Positions 27,601 through 40,074 of a stretch of DNA of 64,000 nt are shown here, piece after piece. The DNA comes from Monocercomonoides exilis PA203. Lineage: Eukaryota > Protista > Preaxostyla. Numbering within the stretch: position 1 is the first letter of the stretch; the number at the start of each line of letters is the position of its first letter. The notes beneath the pieces were generated by a model that was not told the origin of the DNA, ran no database searches, and was given only the letters and a program-made list of their open reading frames with translations. The stretch is taken from NCBI GenBank assembly GCA_001643675.2, contig LSRY02000012.1, positions 1,178,001 to 1,242,000 of the forward strand. The letters are read 5' to 3'. The position numbers and the translations under genes were made by a program.

Positions 27601-30600
27601 ACCCCAATCCTCACTCACCCCAAAAGCAGACTCAGACAAGGAGGTTTACCGCCAGCTAATAAGAGATCGCATTTTGCTGAGGGAATTGAGGGTGGAAGGG
27701 AAGGGAAGGAAGGAAAGGAAGGGAGAGAAAGAGAAAGAGGAAAAGGAAAAGAAAGGAAGGAAAAGAAAAGGAAAGAAAAAAGGAAAAAGGAAAGAGAATC
27801 AAAAGAAATAGGAGAAATAGAGAAAGAACAAGAATTAGGAGAAGAAGAGGTGTTTTCAATGATAAGTGGACTAAGCAATGGAAGATATATAGATGATAGG
27901 GAAGAGGAAAGGTATGAGAACAGAAACAATGGAATTATTGATATGCATGAAGGAGAAGGGAGAGGAGAAGAAGAAGAAGAAGAAAGGGAAGTGAGTATCA
28001 TCAGGAGCATAAGTGATGATGAAGACGAAGATGACAGTGAAGAAGAAGGAGAAAGAGAAGAAAGAGAAGAAGAAGAAGAAGAAGAAGAGGATGCTATTCT
28101 CTGTCGAATTGATCGATGCAACTCAGTTCAGACAGACATCAAGACAGCACTTGACGCACCACGTGGGATGTCTATTGACGTACTCCCTCATCGTCTTGCT
28201 TCAGACACCTTCGCTAGAAGACATACTGCTGTGGGGTTATCTTCTTCTTCTTCTTCTTCTTCTTCTTCTTCTTCTTTCTCATCTTCATTTCCTTTCTCTT
28301 CCTCTTTCTCCTCCTTTTCAGGCGCAGCGGTGCATGCTGCTTCTGCCGGCACCACATCTTCTTTATCCTCTTCAACATTCTTCCCATCTGCCTCTTTCTC
28401 CTCTCCTTTCTTCGACACCTCCTCCACTGCCTCCACTTCCTCCGCCATCGCTTCCTCCTTCAGCCAGTCAAACAACAGCAACAATGACGATGACGATGAT
28501 GATAGCAATGATGATAGCAATGGAAACAATGATGGCAATGACAATGACACAACCTCACTCCAGAAATCCCCTCATCATCATCATCATCATCATCGTCATC
28601 GTCATCAACTTGCCCCCACGATAGATGAAGATGACATGTTCTCTTTGTCTTCCTCCCGCCACGCCTCGCGCCGCTCCTTCCACTCCTCCCGCCACTCCAT
28701 CATGGACGGCTCGAAGCCCCGCTCGCGCTCGCTTTCTTTGTCTCTCTCTGGAATAGGCACAATCAGTGGCACAGGAAATGGGATAGGAAATGGAATAGAG
28801 AATAGCATAGACAATAGCATAGACAATGGAGTTGGTATGTCAACAGCCATTGCTTCAGAGATAAGCATTGGAGGATCGATAAGGAATCGCTCGTTGAATG
28901 AAGAAGAAGAAGAAGAAGAAGAAGAAGACAGAGAGTATTCGTATGAGCATCAGTCAGTGGCATATTCTGTTGGGGAAGAGGCAGCTGATGATCTGTTCTC
29001 ACTCACCAGGGACAACAGCAATTTCCTCAATGAAAGTGTTATTAGCATCAATAATAATAATAATGCCCCTCTCTCCCCCATGCTCCCTTATCCCTCTTCC
29101 CCTCTGGACGGCTCCCAGAACAACTTCTCCGAAGAAGGAGCGCTTCCTGACCCCTTCGACCCTTTCTCCTTCTCCTCTCCCCGCTGCTCTTCATTCAGCG
29201 CCTTCACCCACGTCAGCAGCAGCAGCGCTGGCACTTTCTCTGCCAACTCCTCAGCCATCAGACCTTCCGACCTCATCCTCCCGTTCCCTTCACTATCACT
29301 CCCTAAGCCCCGCTCTTTCTCTGCCTCCTTGTTTGACTCGGGGAAGCAGGAGAGGGGGGCTGCTGCACACCACAGCACGTTCACTGAGACTGATCTGCTC
29401 TCTTTGCAGGACGCGATGGGCGAAGGACTCAACCCGCCTTCACTCGTCTTCTCAGACCCGTTTGAAAAACCGCCGATTTCTTCATCCCCTTTGGTATCGT
29501 ATAGAAGAGCGACACAGCATCTGCAGCCTCTGCACAGCTCCTCTGGCCCCATCGCACCTTCCTCCCTGTCTCTTTCTCTGAGCGCTTCTCTGCCTCATCC
29601 ATTGTCCTCATCTTCCCCTAACACACTGGCTTCTTCACTGGATTCTGTGCATTCGATGCATTCAGTTCATTCAGTGCATTCAATTCATTCAGATGCTTCT
29701 TCCTTCTACCCGTCGCTTGCAGGCATTGCTGGGCTGAGTGGGCTGAGTGGAGCTGCTGGGCAAACGCAAAGGGAATTAACTATCAGTTCAGACACAGCTA
29801 CCATCACTGATACTTTCACAGACAATGCACTAACTGATGCTATTACAGAGAAGAACGATGAAGAGTGAATAAGGATTTAACCAAAGAAGGAGAAAGAGAG
29901 AGAGAAAGAGAGTTAACTTCAGATAATCGCTTTAATCTGAGTGAGAACATCAGCCTGAACCGCTCCCGCTCTCACACAGTGCATGGCATCCCTCTCTCTT
30001 TCTCTCCTCCGCCTGGCATTAGCACTGGCATTGTTGTTGATATAGGTGTTATTCCAGAAGGTACGGACACAGCCGCCACTGCAAATGCATCTGCAACTGG
30101 AACTGCAACTGGGAATGGAACTTTGACTCGTCTGTGGAGTTTGAATTCGACAAGCTCGCTGCTCCACCCTGGCGTGTGTGTGGATGGGGGAGTTGGTTCT
30201 TCTATTTTGGATGATTCTTCTTCTGCTTCTTCTACTTCAACTTCTTCATTTTCAGCTTCTTCTTCTTCTTCTAACCCTTCCTCTTCTTCCTCTTCTTCTG
30301 CCGACAACCGCTCGACGGCACACAGCTTGGACCAAGGATCAGCGAATGCACAGGACATATTAGCTCATCAGCATCAACAGCATCATGAATATCATTCACC
30401 TTCTGCCAGTCAAGGCATAAACATAAACAATAGCAGTAACATTCACTCAAACACAAACACATTCACAAACACATTCACAGACACCGCCACACATCTTTCT
30501 CCCACTCATGTACATCCACATCCTTCTGCTTCTCCCCAAATTCCACAGAACTCACTCGATTTCAATGTTTTGTCCACTTCCTCTCAATCACAAGAAGACA

Positions 30601-30887
30601 ATGAAGAAGAAGACAAAGACGAAGATAATTCAGGAGCTGTGCCGCTTCTCTCACCTCCATCTGCTCCTGTTTGTTCTTCTTCCTCTTCCTCTTCTTCTCT
30701 TTCTCTTTCTTCTCCTTCTGTTCCTTCTCCTGCTACCAGCACCAGCATGGTGCTATCACCCAATCACGAATATTCCCATTCTTCCTCTTCGTCTCATTCA
30801 ATATTCCCTTCTCCGACTCAGTCTATGCACAGTCAGAACGCTCCTTCGCCTGACATTCACAGCTCGCTGTCTCCAGTCAATATTTAG
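21667..30887 (+). CDS. Giant low-complexity protein with N-terminal WH1/PH-like domain and PAM2 motif; frame break at 29865
   Basis: Exons ATG-A|21735-21813|21879-22035|22108 onward give MTSVLQQ...FFALVDAVEFTVP...IIHPAFVISIEDERDFIVRDTRNVIWRIQMKSPLEFQEF; NLSLSAKPFVPN; 2637-aa ORF ends 29868, and an overlapping ORF 29865-30887 has the same composition. Confidence 0.6.
26677..26760 (+). repeat. (TCTTCC)n hexamer microsatellite encoding poly-Ser
   Basis: About 13 near-perfect CTCTTC units followed by (TCC)n; one of many such tracts in 8-30 kb. Confidence 0.9.
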
Positions 30888-31846
30888 AATATGTTTGTGT
30901 TCAAAGCTTGCTCTATTCTCTTCTTTATTCTTGTTTGTCATTAAGCATTTTGTGAATAGATTTCAGCAATTTTTTTTTTAACGAAAAAATTTGAATCGAA
31001 GTTTTATTATTTTTAATGTCCATTCTTCACATGTCTATTCGTTATTATTTTCATTGAACGACTTGAAATGTTTTATTAATGTTTATTATTATTATTTATT
31101 ATTGTTTGTATTTTTTTATTTGTATTTATTCCCTTTTGGGAAAATCACTAACTTCTCTGTGATCGTTATATCATTGCATAGAATGGGTGCGCTCTTGCAA
31201 GTTATGGGTGTTAATTATTTTTGTGTAAATGTGAAGTTGGAGCTATTAATTTATCAATCATTTTCATGTTTTGTACGTCAATTCTATTGTTCTCATATTT
31301 ATTTATATCTTGAACACTAGAACTTTTTAAAGACAATTTGTTTTGGTATGCTTAGCTTTAAGAATAATTTAATTTAAAAGAGATCCATCTCAGCTGGAGA
31401 ATTCTACTTAAATTGCATTAAAGCATTTTTCATTTTCATGAAAGATCTTTGATGTAATGATGGTTTTGTTCCTTATTTATTGATGGAAGAAGTTATCCTT
31501 TGGATGGATTTTCAGGGTATCGAACCGCCTTGAATTGGTGGGTGGAACGTACTACGAATCTCCAAAATTAATCTTATTTTATTAGAGAAATTTTAATTTT
31601 TATGTTGTTTTCATTTCATTATTAACGTTTCTTTTATTTCATTTATCTTGTTTATTTTAATTCCAGTTTTGAATGCAGGATAAGAAAACAGTTAATAAAG
31701 TTATTTTCTTCATTTCAATAGAATTTTAATATCTGTTAGTTTATTTTGTGAAATTATAAAAAAGTTAATAAACTCCTGAAAAAAGTTATTTTTTTTTTTG
31801 GAAATAAACATTTTTATCAAAAGTGATCCTGCCCATTTAAACAATT

Positions 31847-34800
31847 ATGACCCAAATCACAAGGCTTGTGACAGGTGGTCTTGTTGACCACATCACTTAT
31901 GATTTGATTGTTGCAGCTGACGATTCCAATGCTACTTCAAAGAAGTTAATAAAAGAGGCGTTGATGGAGATGGGAAAGAAAAAGCCCACAATGACAATGA
32001 CTACAATTATGTGGACAATTTCGAATAAGGCATGGACACTTATGCCTTTATTTTATGCTTAAGATAAATTATGTTGTATCTTGTGATGTCTTTTTCTTTT
32101 ATTGTTTATTTCCTTCTCAAATGCAATGTTTTATTTTTTAACTGGTAATTTTTTTACAGGTTTCCATGAGCCACAGAATTACATTGTTGAAAATTCTTGA
32201 GCAAATTCTTAATGAAAATCTTCATACAGTTAAAGCAGAATTAGCAACAACACTTGCTGGATTTGCAGCCAATGAAATGACTTCAGACAAAGTATTTTAT
32301 TCCTTTTAATAATAAATTATTTTAAAATAAAATGTTGATTTAACATATTTAGGAAGTTCACACAGAGTGGCAGCATACAGCTTGCAGAATTCTTATTTCT
32401 CTAACAGTGTCATTTCCTGAGATTTGCTATGATCAAATTATAAATCGTCTTCCAACGGGGCATATCCCTCACTATTTCGTGATTTTCTCTCTATTTGAAT
32501 TCTGCAAAAAGAATCCAGAATTTATGGTGATGAAATTAAAAGATGTTTTCTCTCGAATGATGCAGATTATGACAAGTCTCAAGCAGGATAATCTTCGATG
32601 GGTTTTCAGTGCTGCATTTGGAATGTTTGCTGATGCCGTAATACAAACAGAGCAAAATCGACGAGCCAAGAAGTTTGGAGGAGCAAGCACAAGCGCACTA
32701 TCAGAAGGATTTGGTGCATCTTCTTCATTGTCTGCTAGCAGTTCTTCTCCAGCCGATCTCCTCCAATCAGGACGCGGTGAGTTTTCGGAGGCACTGCTCA
32801 ATCTTTATGGATTTCCATTGGCTCGTCCAACATCAGCATTTGATGGAGAATCAGACACAGTGTTCTCGGTGATGATCAACAACTGGCTGACTATGGACAA
32901 GCTCCGTCTGGTGGTTGTGGAGTCGATGGGCAAGCTGATGCGGCTGATGACTGCTGATGCCTTCCACACGCACTTTCCGAAGCTTCTGGCTTTGCTGATG
33001 ACGTATGTGAAGAAAGATGCACCGGCCGACAAGATTGCATCAGTGTCTGCACTCCACTCGCTGGTGATGGTGTCGCTGCATCTCAACCCACGCGATTTAG
33101 CTCCGACTCTTCCGCAGCTGCTGCCTTTGCTCCATTCAATCGTATGCTCACTTCCCCCGCTCCATTCAACGGCCCTCGTCTTCCCGCCGAAGCAGAACAT
33201 GTGGGAGGAGTTTGTGAACAGAATTGCAATGGGAGAGGAGGAGCTGACAGAAGAAGACATTGCAGAAGAGGAGAGCGGAAACGGATTGGGTGTTTCAGTG
33301 TCTTCCCAAAGTGGCAGAAATGAAGGAGAAGATGAAGCAGAAGATGAAGAGGATGCAGAAGGCTCTTCTTCCTTTTCTTCCTCTTCTTCTCAGATGGATC
33401 CTCGTTCGCGCTTTCTTGTCCAGCCAATCAACGACCCTACAAAAATCCCAATTGACTTCGGAAATTCAGAAAAGCTATCTTCTGAACTGTATGGCACGTT
33501 TGCCTCAATCGCCATGGATCACATTGAAGATGTCCTCAACTTCCTCATCAAGCAGATTGAGGTGACGTCTGGCCTTGCACGTGCTGTGACAATCAACATT
33601 ATCACTCACATTCTGAATGTGCTTCCGGCCCATTTGGAGCTGAAGCGCGGTCTGATCATAGCATCAATTGCATCTGTGTTGGGAGATTCTTCGTTGTGTG
33701 TGCGGTTTGCTATTGTGCAGCTGGTGCTGATGCTGTCGAGGAACAACTTTTTGGATGAGCCGGGGTGGGAAAAGCTGGTTGGTGCAGTCATTTTAGCAGC
33801 TGGTGCATTTACGAGGCAGTGGAGAGAGAGGCCTCCGCCGGGCGTGAAGGCAGGCGGGAAAGACAAAGTTGGACTGCCGAAGCCAGTTGTGGAACCGAAG
33901 AAAGAAAAGGTATAAAGTTTTTTTTTAAAAAATTGCATTAACTGCTATTTGATATAACATTTTATTGTTATTCTTTTCGAATTTATCACTTTCTATGAAA
34001 TCCTTTCAAAAAAAAATTTTTTTTTCTGTTTTCTATCTAATTAATTAGACAACCCAACCACTGCCAACAGCTGAAGGGCTGTCCACATTTGCTTGTGATG
34101 TTCTGTATGAGATGGTTGTGCACCACTCTGAAATGAAGCTGAAATTGTGGCCACATCTTCTCGAATACATCATCCCTGTCCAATACACAGGCGCCCTGCC
34201 AGTCATTTGTGCTGCTGTGGCTCGTTTAGCAGCAAGCAGAAAGAGGAAAAACGGCACTGAAGACATTCTGATCGACTTCGACGACCGAAACAACGCGAAC
34301 CTGCCGAAGCCGCATTCGATCATTTTGAGGCTGATCACGGTGATGTCAGATGTGCAGATGGGGAGGTACTTTGCTATTCCGTGTCTTGCCCTCTTACGTG
34401 TGATTCCACAGACGCTGCATTATTCGCTTGCAGACATTGTGGATGAGAGAGTGCCTGCGATCACTGCCTTCTGGAAGGAGGCGATAGACAATGCTGAGGC
34501 ACTGGAGGAAGAGGAAGAAGAAGTTGCGAATGAAGAGAACGAGGAAGAGGAGGAAGATGAAGAAGCAGCGGAAAAGAGGATGAAGAAAGAAGAAGAGGAA
34601 GAGGAAGAACGCAAACGCCAACAGGAAGAAGAAGAGAAGAAGACAGAATTAGACAGAAGACAAGCCACACTTTGGACAGGTGCCTATTTTGACCGCACAA
34701 GTGGATCACTTTCAGGAGGCATTGGTGGAGTGAGCCAGCGAGAAGAGGCAGCCATGCTGAAGTGCAGCCCTCGTCCAGACACAACACAGACAGAAAAATG

Positions 34801-37800
34801 GGAGCACAGAGTGGCTGGTCTGTTTGCATACATCCTGGAGACGATACAAGACAACGAATGGATCAGCGTGCTGGGGGACTTCTTCACACAGCACTTTGGA
34901 TTGTACCCTTCTCTCCCGTCTCTCGCCACATACGGAACACCCGGCGCGCCTGTGGTAGCTGGTGAGACTGCACCATATGTTCCGACATCATCATCTTCTT
35001 CTTCTTCTCAGCAGCAGCCTCAATTGCCACCACAATTCGGAGTGTCTCCTCTCAACCGTTCAAATGGACGACGTATTCTCATTCGATTGCTTGGTGTGTC
35101 AGCACAGCAGACGACTGCCAAGGAGATGGCACAAGCACAGATCGACACCATGTTCACTCGCACAGTGCACTCAGCAGAGTCCCACAGACAGGCACTGGCT
35201 GAGGGATACGGACTGACTGCAAAGAACCCGATGCACTGTGACTCTGTGTTCTCGCGGCTGGACTATGCTGTGCGGAGCGACATGATGCGGAAGGAGAAGT
35301 CGATGTTCTCCACAAAGACAGTCACTGACGAGTATGTCCGTGCCTCCATCATCCTCTGCTTCGGGCGTGTGGCTCTGTCTGCTCCGCCATCGATTGCACT
35401 GGCGAGGATCGAGGCGCATGTCATCAAGTGTCTCAACGACAATGCCCCGCTGCTGCACCTCACGTTCGCCAAGCAGGCAGCAGTCACTGCGATGGACTGC
35501 CTGAGCCGTGCTATTCTGCCGCAAAGGGTTGGACAGCAGTTTGTTCTGAGAGACAGAGACAGCTACATCAAGACAGTCATCAGCTATCTCCTCCCTGCTG
35601 ACCCTGCTGAGAAGGATGCTGTCACCTCACAGCTCCTCGTCTCTGGTCTTGGACTGCTCAGGAAACTTGTTGGGCTGCAGCCAGTTGTGCCTGAAAAGCT
35701 GCAAAAGGAAATTGTCACACGCCTTTGCGATCTCTACGAACAAATGGATGCACCATCGGCAGCCGTGCTTTCAGCATCTGCTTCTTCTTCTGCTCCTCAG
35801 AGGAAGAGATTCACTCAAGAAGAGGCAGCTGCTGTAGCTGGTGCGCATTCATCATTTCTTGTTGCATTACTTGGAGCAGAAACTGGCTTAAGTGTATTCC
35901 TTCGTCTGGCTGGGTATATCTTGCCTTTGACCAGATCATTCAATCCAGGTGTGAGGAAAGGAGCACTCAGCTCATACGATGCGATTGTTCGAGCATTCGT
36001 CACACAAACAGCAGAACAAGAGCAGACACAGACAGATGCTGGGAAGACAGGAGGAGTGAGACTTGGCTCAACCATACAGGAGAATTGCTTCAAAGGGATA
36101 GGAACAATTATGGGGCTGCTGATAGGACGATGTGGAGATACACGCCCAGATGTGAGGAAGAGCGGATGTGATAGTGTGGGATTGTCACTGTATGTAGACC
36201 ACATTCTGAAGACAGATCCTGCACTTGGCTTTGATGTGTCCCCAACAGCTGAGATCGTGGATGTGGCAGCAATGAGGAAGGATGTGGTGGAATGGGAAGA
36301 CAAAGGAGAGATCGATGTGGTGCACCCGCGCAGCGGAGAGAAGCAGAAATACTCAGCCACCCTCAGCATCTTCATCTCCTCCCGCCTGACAACACACTTC
36401 TCGCAGTGCCTGCCTGTTTCAGAGCAGATCGATCTTGTGCACTCTTTGCTCCTCTGCGGTGCTAATGATCCAACTGTACAGGGTTCTGTCCTGTCATTGA
36501 TGCTTGCATTCAGGATGATCCAGGTGATTGGCTTCTCGTTCCCACCATCGGCTGTGGAGCTTATATTCAGACGCTGTGTGGACTGCCTCACTCCATTCAA
36601 TGCCACACTCAGCGGGAAAGAGTCGCCGGCACAAGCATATGCGGTGCATCTGGAACAGCAGCAAGCAAGAGAGAACAAGAGAGCAAGCATGACAATGGGA
36701 CAATCAAGCTCGGCTTCTTCTTCTTCTTCTGCTTCTGCTTCTGCTTCTTCTTCTTCTTCTTCTTCTTCAAGTGCAGATCCTTCACACTGGAAACCTACAT
36801 CTCCGTCTATTTATGCCGGAAACTTGCTCTTCTCTCCAATGAAAGAGCTCGATGCGCCTGTTGAAGAGCAGCTGCTGAACTGTGTGAGCTGCCTGTGCAA
36901 CCACCACCCGTCCATCATGTTTGAGGCGCTGCTGTCGATGAGTGTGTCTGAGAGAGTCACCCAATCAAAACTCTGCTTTGCTGTCGGCGCTGCCTCTCCA
37001 ATTGCACCTTCTTCGAAGTTTATGAGGCTGGTGCTGTCAATCCTGTGTGGCGCTGAGCAGTTTGAGACGAAGCATCTGAAGGATGGAGTACATTACTTCC
37101 CTCTCTCTCGCCCGCAGATGGCTGTGAATGCGCTGGCGTCTGTGCTCTCTGCCAGACCTGCCTGTGATCCAACTGCAAAACAGGCACCTAATTCAGTTGT
37201 GACAATACCAACATCGATGAAGAACAAAGTGCTGGAAGAGGCCTTTTTGAACGAGCATCTGCCTGCGATCGTCGCTGCACTGCTCATCCAGCTGTCAACG
37301 CTGATGGTCTGTGAGAACAACATCGAGGCACTGAAAACAGTTTGATTTGATTTTGTTTTAATTTCATGTAATTCTCGTTTTTTATTCTTTTTTTTTTAAA
37401 TTGAATTGTGAATTTTCAATTTAAAGGTTGCTATTGCTCTACGTGGAGTACTAAATCATGTTGGACAAGCCGAGTTAATTGACTGTCTGGCCTATCCCAA
37501 TGTATTCAAAATGGACGAGATGGATCGCATTTCAGAGTCAGACACGATTGAAGATGCGCAGAAGAAGAAGCAGGCCTTCAAAGGAAACGCTGCTTCACCC
37601 AGCTCAAAAGAGAAAGAGAAAGACAAAAAAAAAAGCGAAGCAAAAGGCTCGTCAGGCACCGACCCTTCGTTTGTTGCTTCTCCGCCGTACAACCGCTGGC
37701 AGGTGATAGCCGACAAGAACTCCTTCGACCACTTCGTCTTTGCATACGCCTGCCGCGTCGCCGCCACCCACCCGTTCATTGCACCCGGTGTCATTGATCT

Positions 37801-38986
37801 TGCTGTGCCTCTGCTGTCTTCCACGTTTCCTGCACAGAGGCTGGGCGCGCTGGCTCTTGTGGTTGGGATGGTGCCTCATTTGAAGTACTTCCTCAACACC
37901 AACCCGCAGCCTATCCCTGGCCATCCCTCAGACGCCCTGAAAGATCCAGACTTCGCTTCAAAGCTCATTTCGCGTGTTTCTGATGCACTTTTGTCTCGCA
38001 CCTCAGATGATGTGGTGAGGATAAGAAGGATGACATTAGAAGGGCTCAGCTACTTGGCTCCTGCGTGCTTCTCGCAGCAGATTCCGTTCAATTCTGATCC
38101 TCTCACTGAACTCCAGTCGCCGCACGTGTTGGGGAAATCACAAAGAGGCAAATCAGGAGAGGAGAATGAAGATGAAAACTCAGACGAGATGAAAGAGCAG
38201 AGAGGGGCGAGGATTCTGAACATGCTGGCTGCTTCTATTCTGGCTGCAATGTGCCGAGGCTGCGACGACACAGATATGGGCTGTGCTCGCATCTCTGCGC
38301 TTTCGCTGCGCCGGATGCTGATGTCGTCTTCGCTGGACGAAATCTCCGTTTCTCCGATGCTCATCACCATCTGCGTGGCGGGGCGGAACCTCACCACGCA
38401 GCGCTTAAACTCTCCTCAGCTCAAATGCAGCGGGTGTGGTGTATTGGCGTGCTTGAGCCGGTTTGGGAAAGGAGTGAGTGGCCATCAATATATGGAGCAG
38501 ATGCACGTGGCCTTGCCATACATGGCAGTGATGCTGAGTGACAAGGCTGTTCAACCTCGAAAGGCTGCTCGTATTTGGCTGAAGAGAGTGTCTCTGCTGT
38601 TGAGTGGAGGAGCAACACAGTCACCCCTGGTCTCATTCTGTACAGCGTCTTCTGTGTTTGCGAAGGACACAGATCTGGCAAAGGATGACAGATGCACTGA
38701 GACTTTGTATTCGACTTTTGCGAAGGTGCTTATCACTTTGTTTTTGGAGCGGCTTGGCCAGTTTGTGTCTGCTCTTGCTGCTCTGCTGGGTGGAGACAAG
38801 CCTCCAGCAACGAAAATAGCAGCGTGCCAGATGGTTGGGTATATTTTGGAGTATATTCCGAAGGAAGAGAGGAAGAGGCTGCCTACTGAACAAGCAATCA
38901 AGGCAATATCTGCTCTATTGAGAGATGGAAACGTTCTTGTGAAAAACACGGCTGCCCGGATGCTGAAGCCACTCTGGTCTTATTAA
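31847..38986 (+). CDS. MROH1: Maestro HEAT-like repeat protein (MROH1/HEATR7A family), 5 exons
   Basis: ANEMTSDK/EVHTEWQHTAC, PHYFVIFSL, LWPHLLEYIIPVQYTGALPVICAAVARLA, LPKPHSIILRL, ASIILCFGRVA, LIGRCGDT match MROH1 conserved blocks; exons ~31847-32029, 32160-32291, 32353-33909, 34049-37339, 37427-38986. Confidence 0.82.
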
Positions 38987-39461
38987 GCATTGATGTTCAT
39001 GTAAAACTGTAAATTTTTGAATGAAATATCTCTTTTAATTCTATCATTTTTATCTTACAAATATTATTATTATAGGTATTTCGTTTTTGTTTTTACAATT
39101 GAGATAACTTCATTTTCTAAGAACGTACTGTTATGATTTTTATTTTTCGTCTTTAATTATGAAATGTCATTTCTAATTATATACGTTTCTACAATTATTT
39201 ATACGAACTTACAATTTTTATAATTATTTATGTTTGCAGTTTCTTCTTTGTTTTTAATTTGTTTATGGGTGATCAAAGAACTTATTTTACTAAATTTTAT
39301 TTTTCTCTGCGAATTATGTACAAATGATACTTTTTTACAAACTTCATAACGTTATATAATATTTGCATTGTTTTACGGGAATGTTTTGAGCAGGAAACAT
39401 TTTGCAACAAGTATAAAACCGAAAAAATAAATTCATTTTCCAAGTCATTTATTTAAAGGAA

Positions 39462-39849
39462 ATGGTGTGCAATAATTTAGTCAAATTATTTCATTATAAA
39501 ACCATTGCTTCATTTTGCATTTTGAATTCAGCCTTTCACTCATCCAAAGACAGTTGATGAATTTGATGCTGCAATGGAAAAAGCTGGTGACAAACTTGTT
39601 GTAATTGACTTCAGCGCAACTTGGTGCGGTCCATGCCAAAAAATAAAACCAGTGTTCGAGTCTCTTGCATCAAAATACAATGATGTTACATTCTTATCTT
39701 GCGATGTCGATGAGTTATCTGATCTTGATGAAGTTGAAGATATAACAGGCGTTCCAACATTTCAGTTTGTCAAAAAGGGGAAGAAAGTTGGAGAGTTCTC
39801 CGGAGCTAACGAAGATAAGTTGGTGAGCATGGTTGATCAGTTAAAGTGA
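39462..39849 (+). CDS. TRX: Thioredoxin; ATG-only first coding exon, intron 39465-39531
   Basis: VVIDFSATWCGPCQKIKP...GVPTFQF...FSGAN; ATG|gtgtgc...ttcag|CCT restores the N-terminus MPFTHPKTVDEFDAAMEKAGDK. Confidence 0.95.
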
Positions 39850-40074
39850 AAAATGGCATTTCCTTGTAATTTATTAAATTTTATCGTATTTTTTTATTTG
39901 TGTGTTAAATTTGAAAACTCAAAATATGTATCTATATATATTTGTGTTTATATTTAAATTTATTTGTTTAGGAAATTTTTTATAAATAAAACAAAAAAGA
40001 ATGGACAAAAAAGCAATAAAAAATTCAAAACTTGAAGTCAAAATGACTTATAAATTCAATTAAAAACTTGCTTT

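Noticed and set aside
29866-29880. TGA readthrough or selenocysteine in the giant ORF
   Set aside because: Another in-frame stop (TAA) follows after three codons
8100-30900. Many overlapping/antisense ORFs rich in poly-E, L, K, R, F
   Set aside because: Shadow frames of TCT/TCC/GAA microsatellite coding tracts, which lack stops
31125-31170. Minus-strand AACGATCACAGAGAAGTTAGTG resembling the U6 ACAGAGA box
   Set aside because: The invariant AGC triad reads AGT and no convincing U6 ISL or 3' region follows; an Infernal U6 search would settle it
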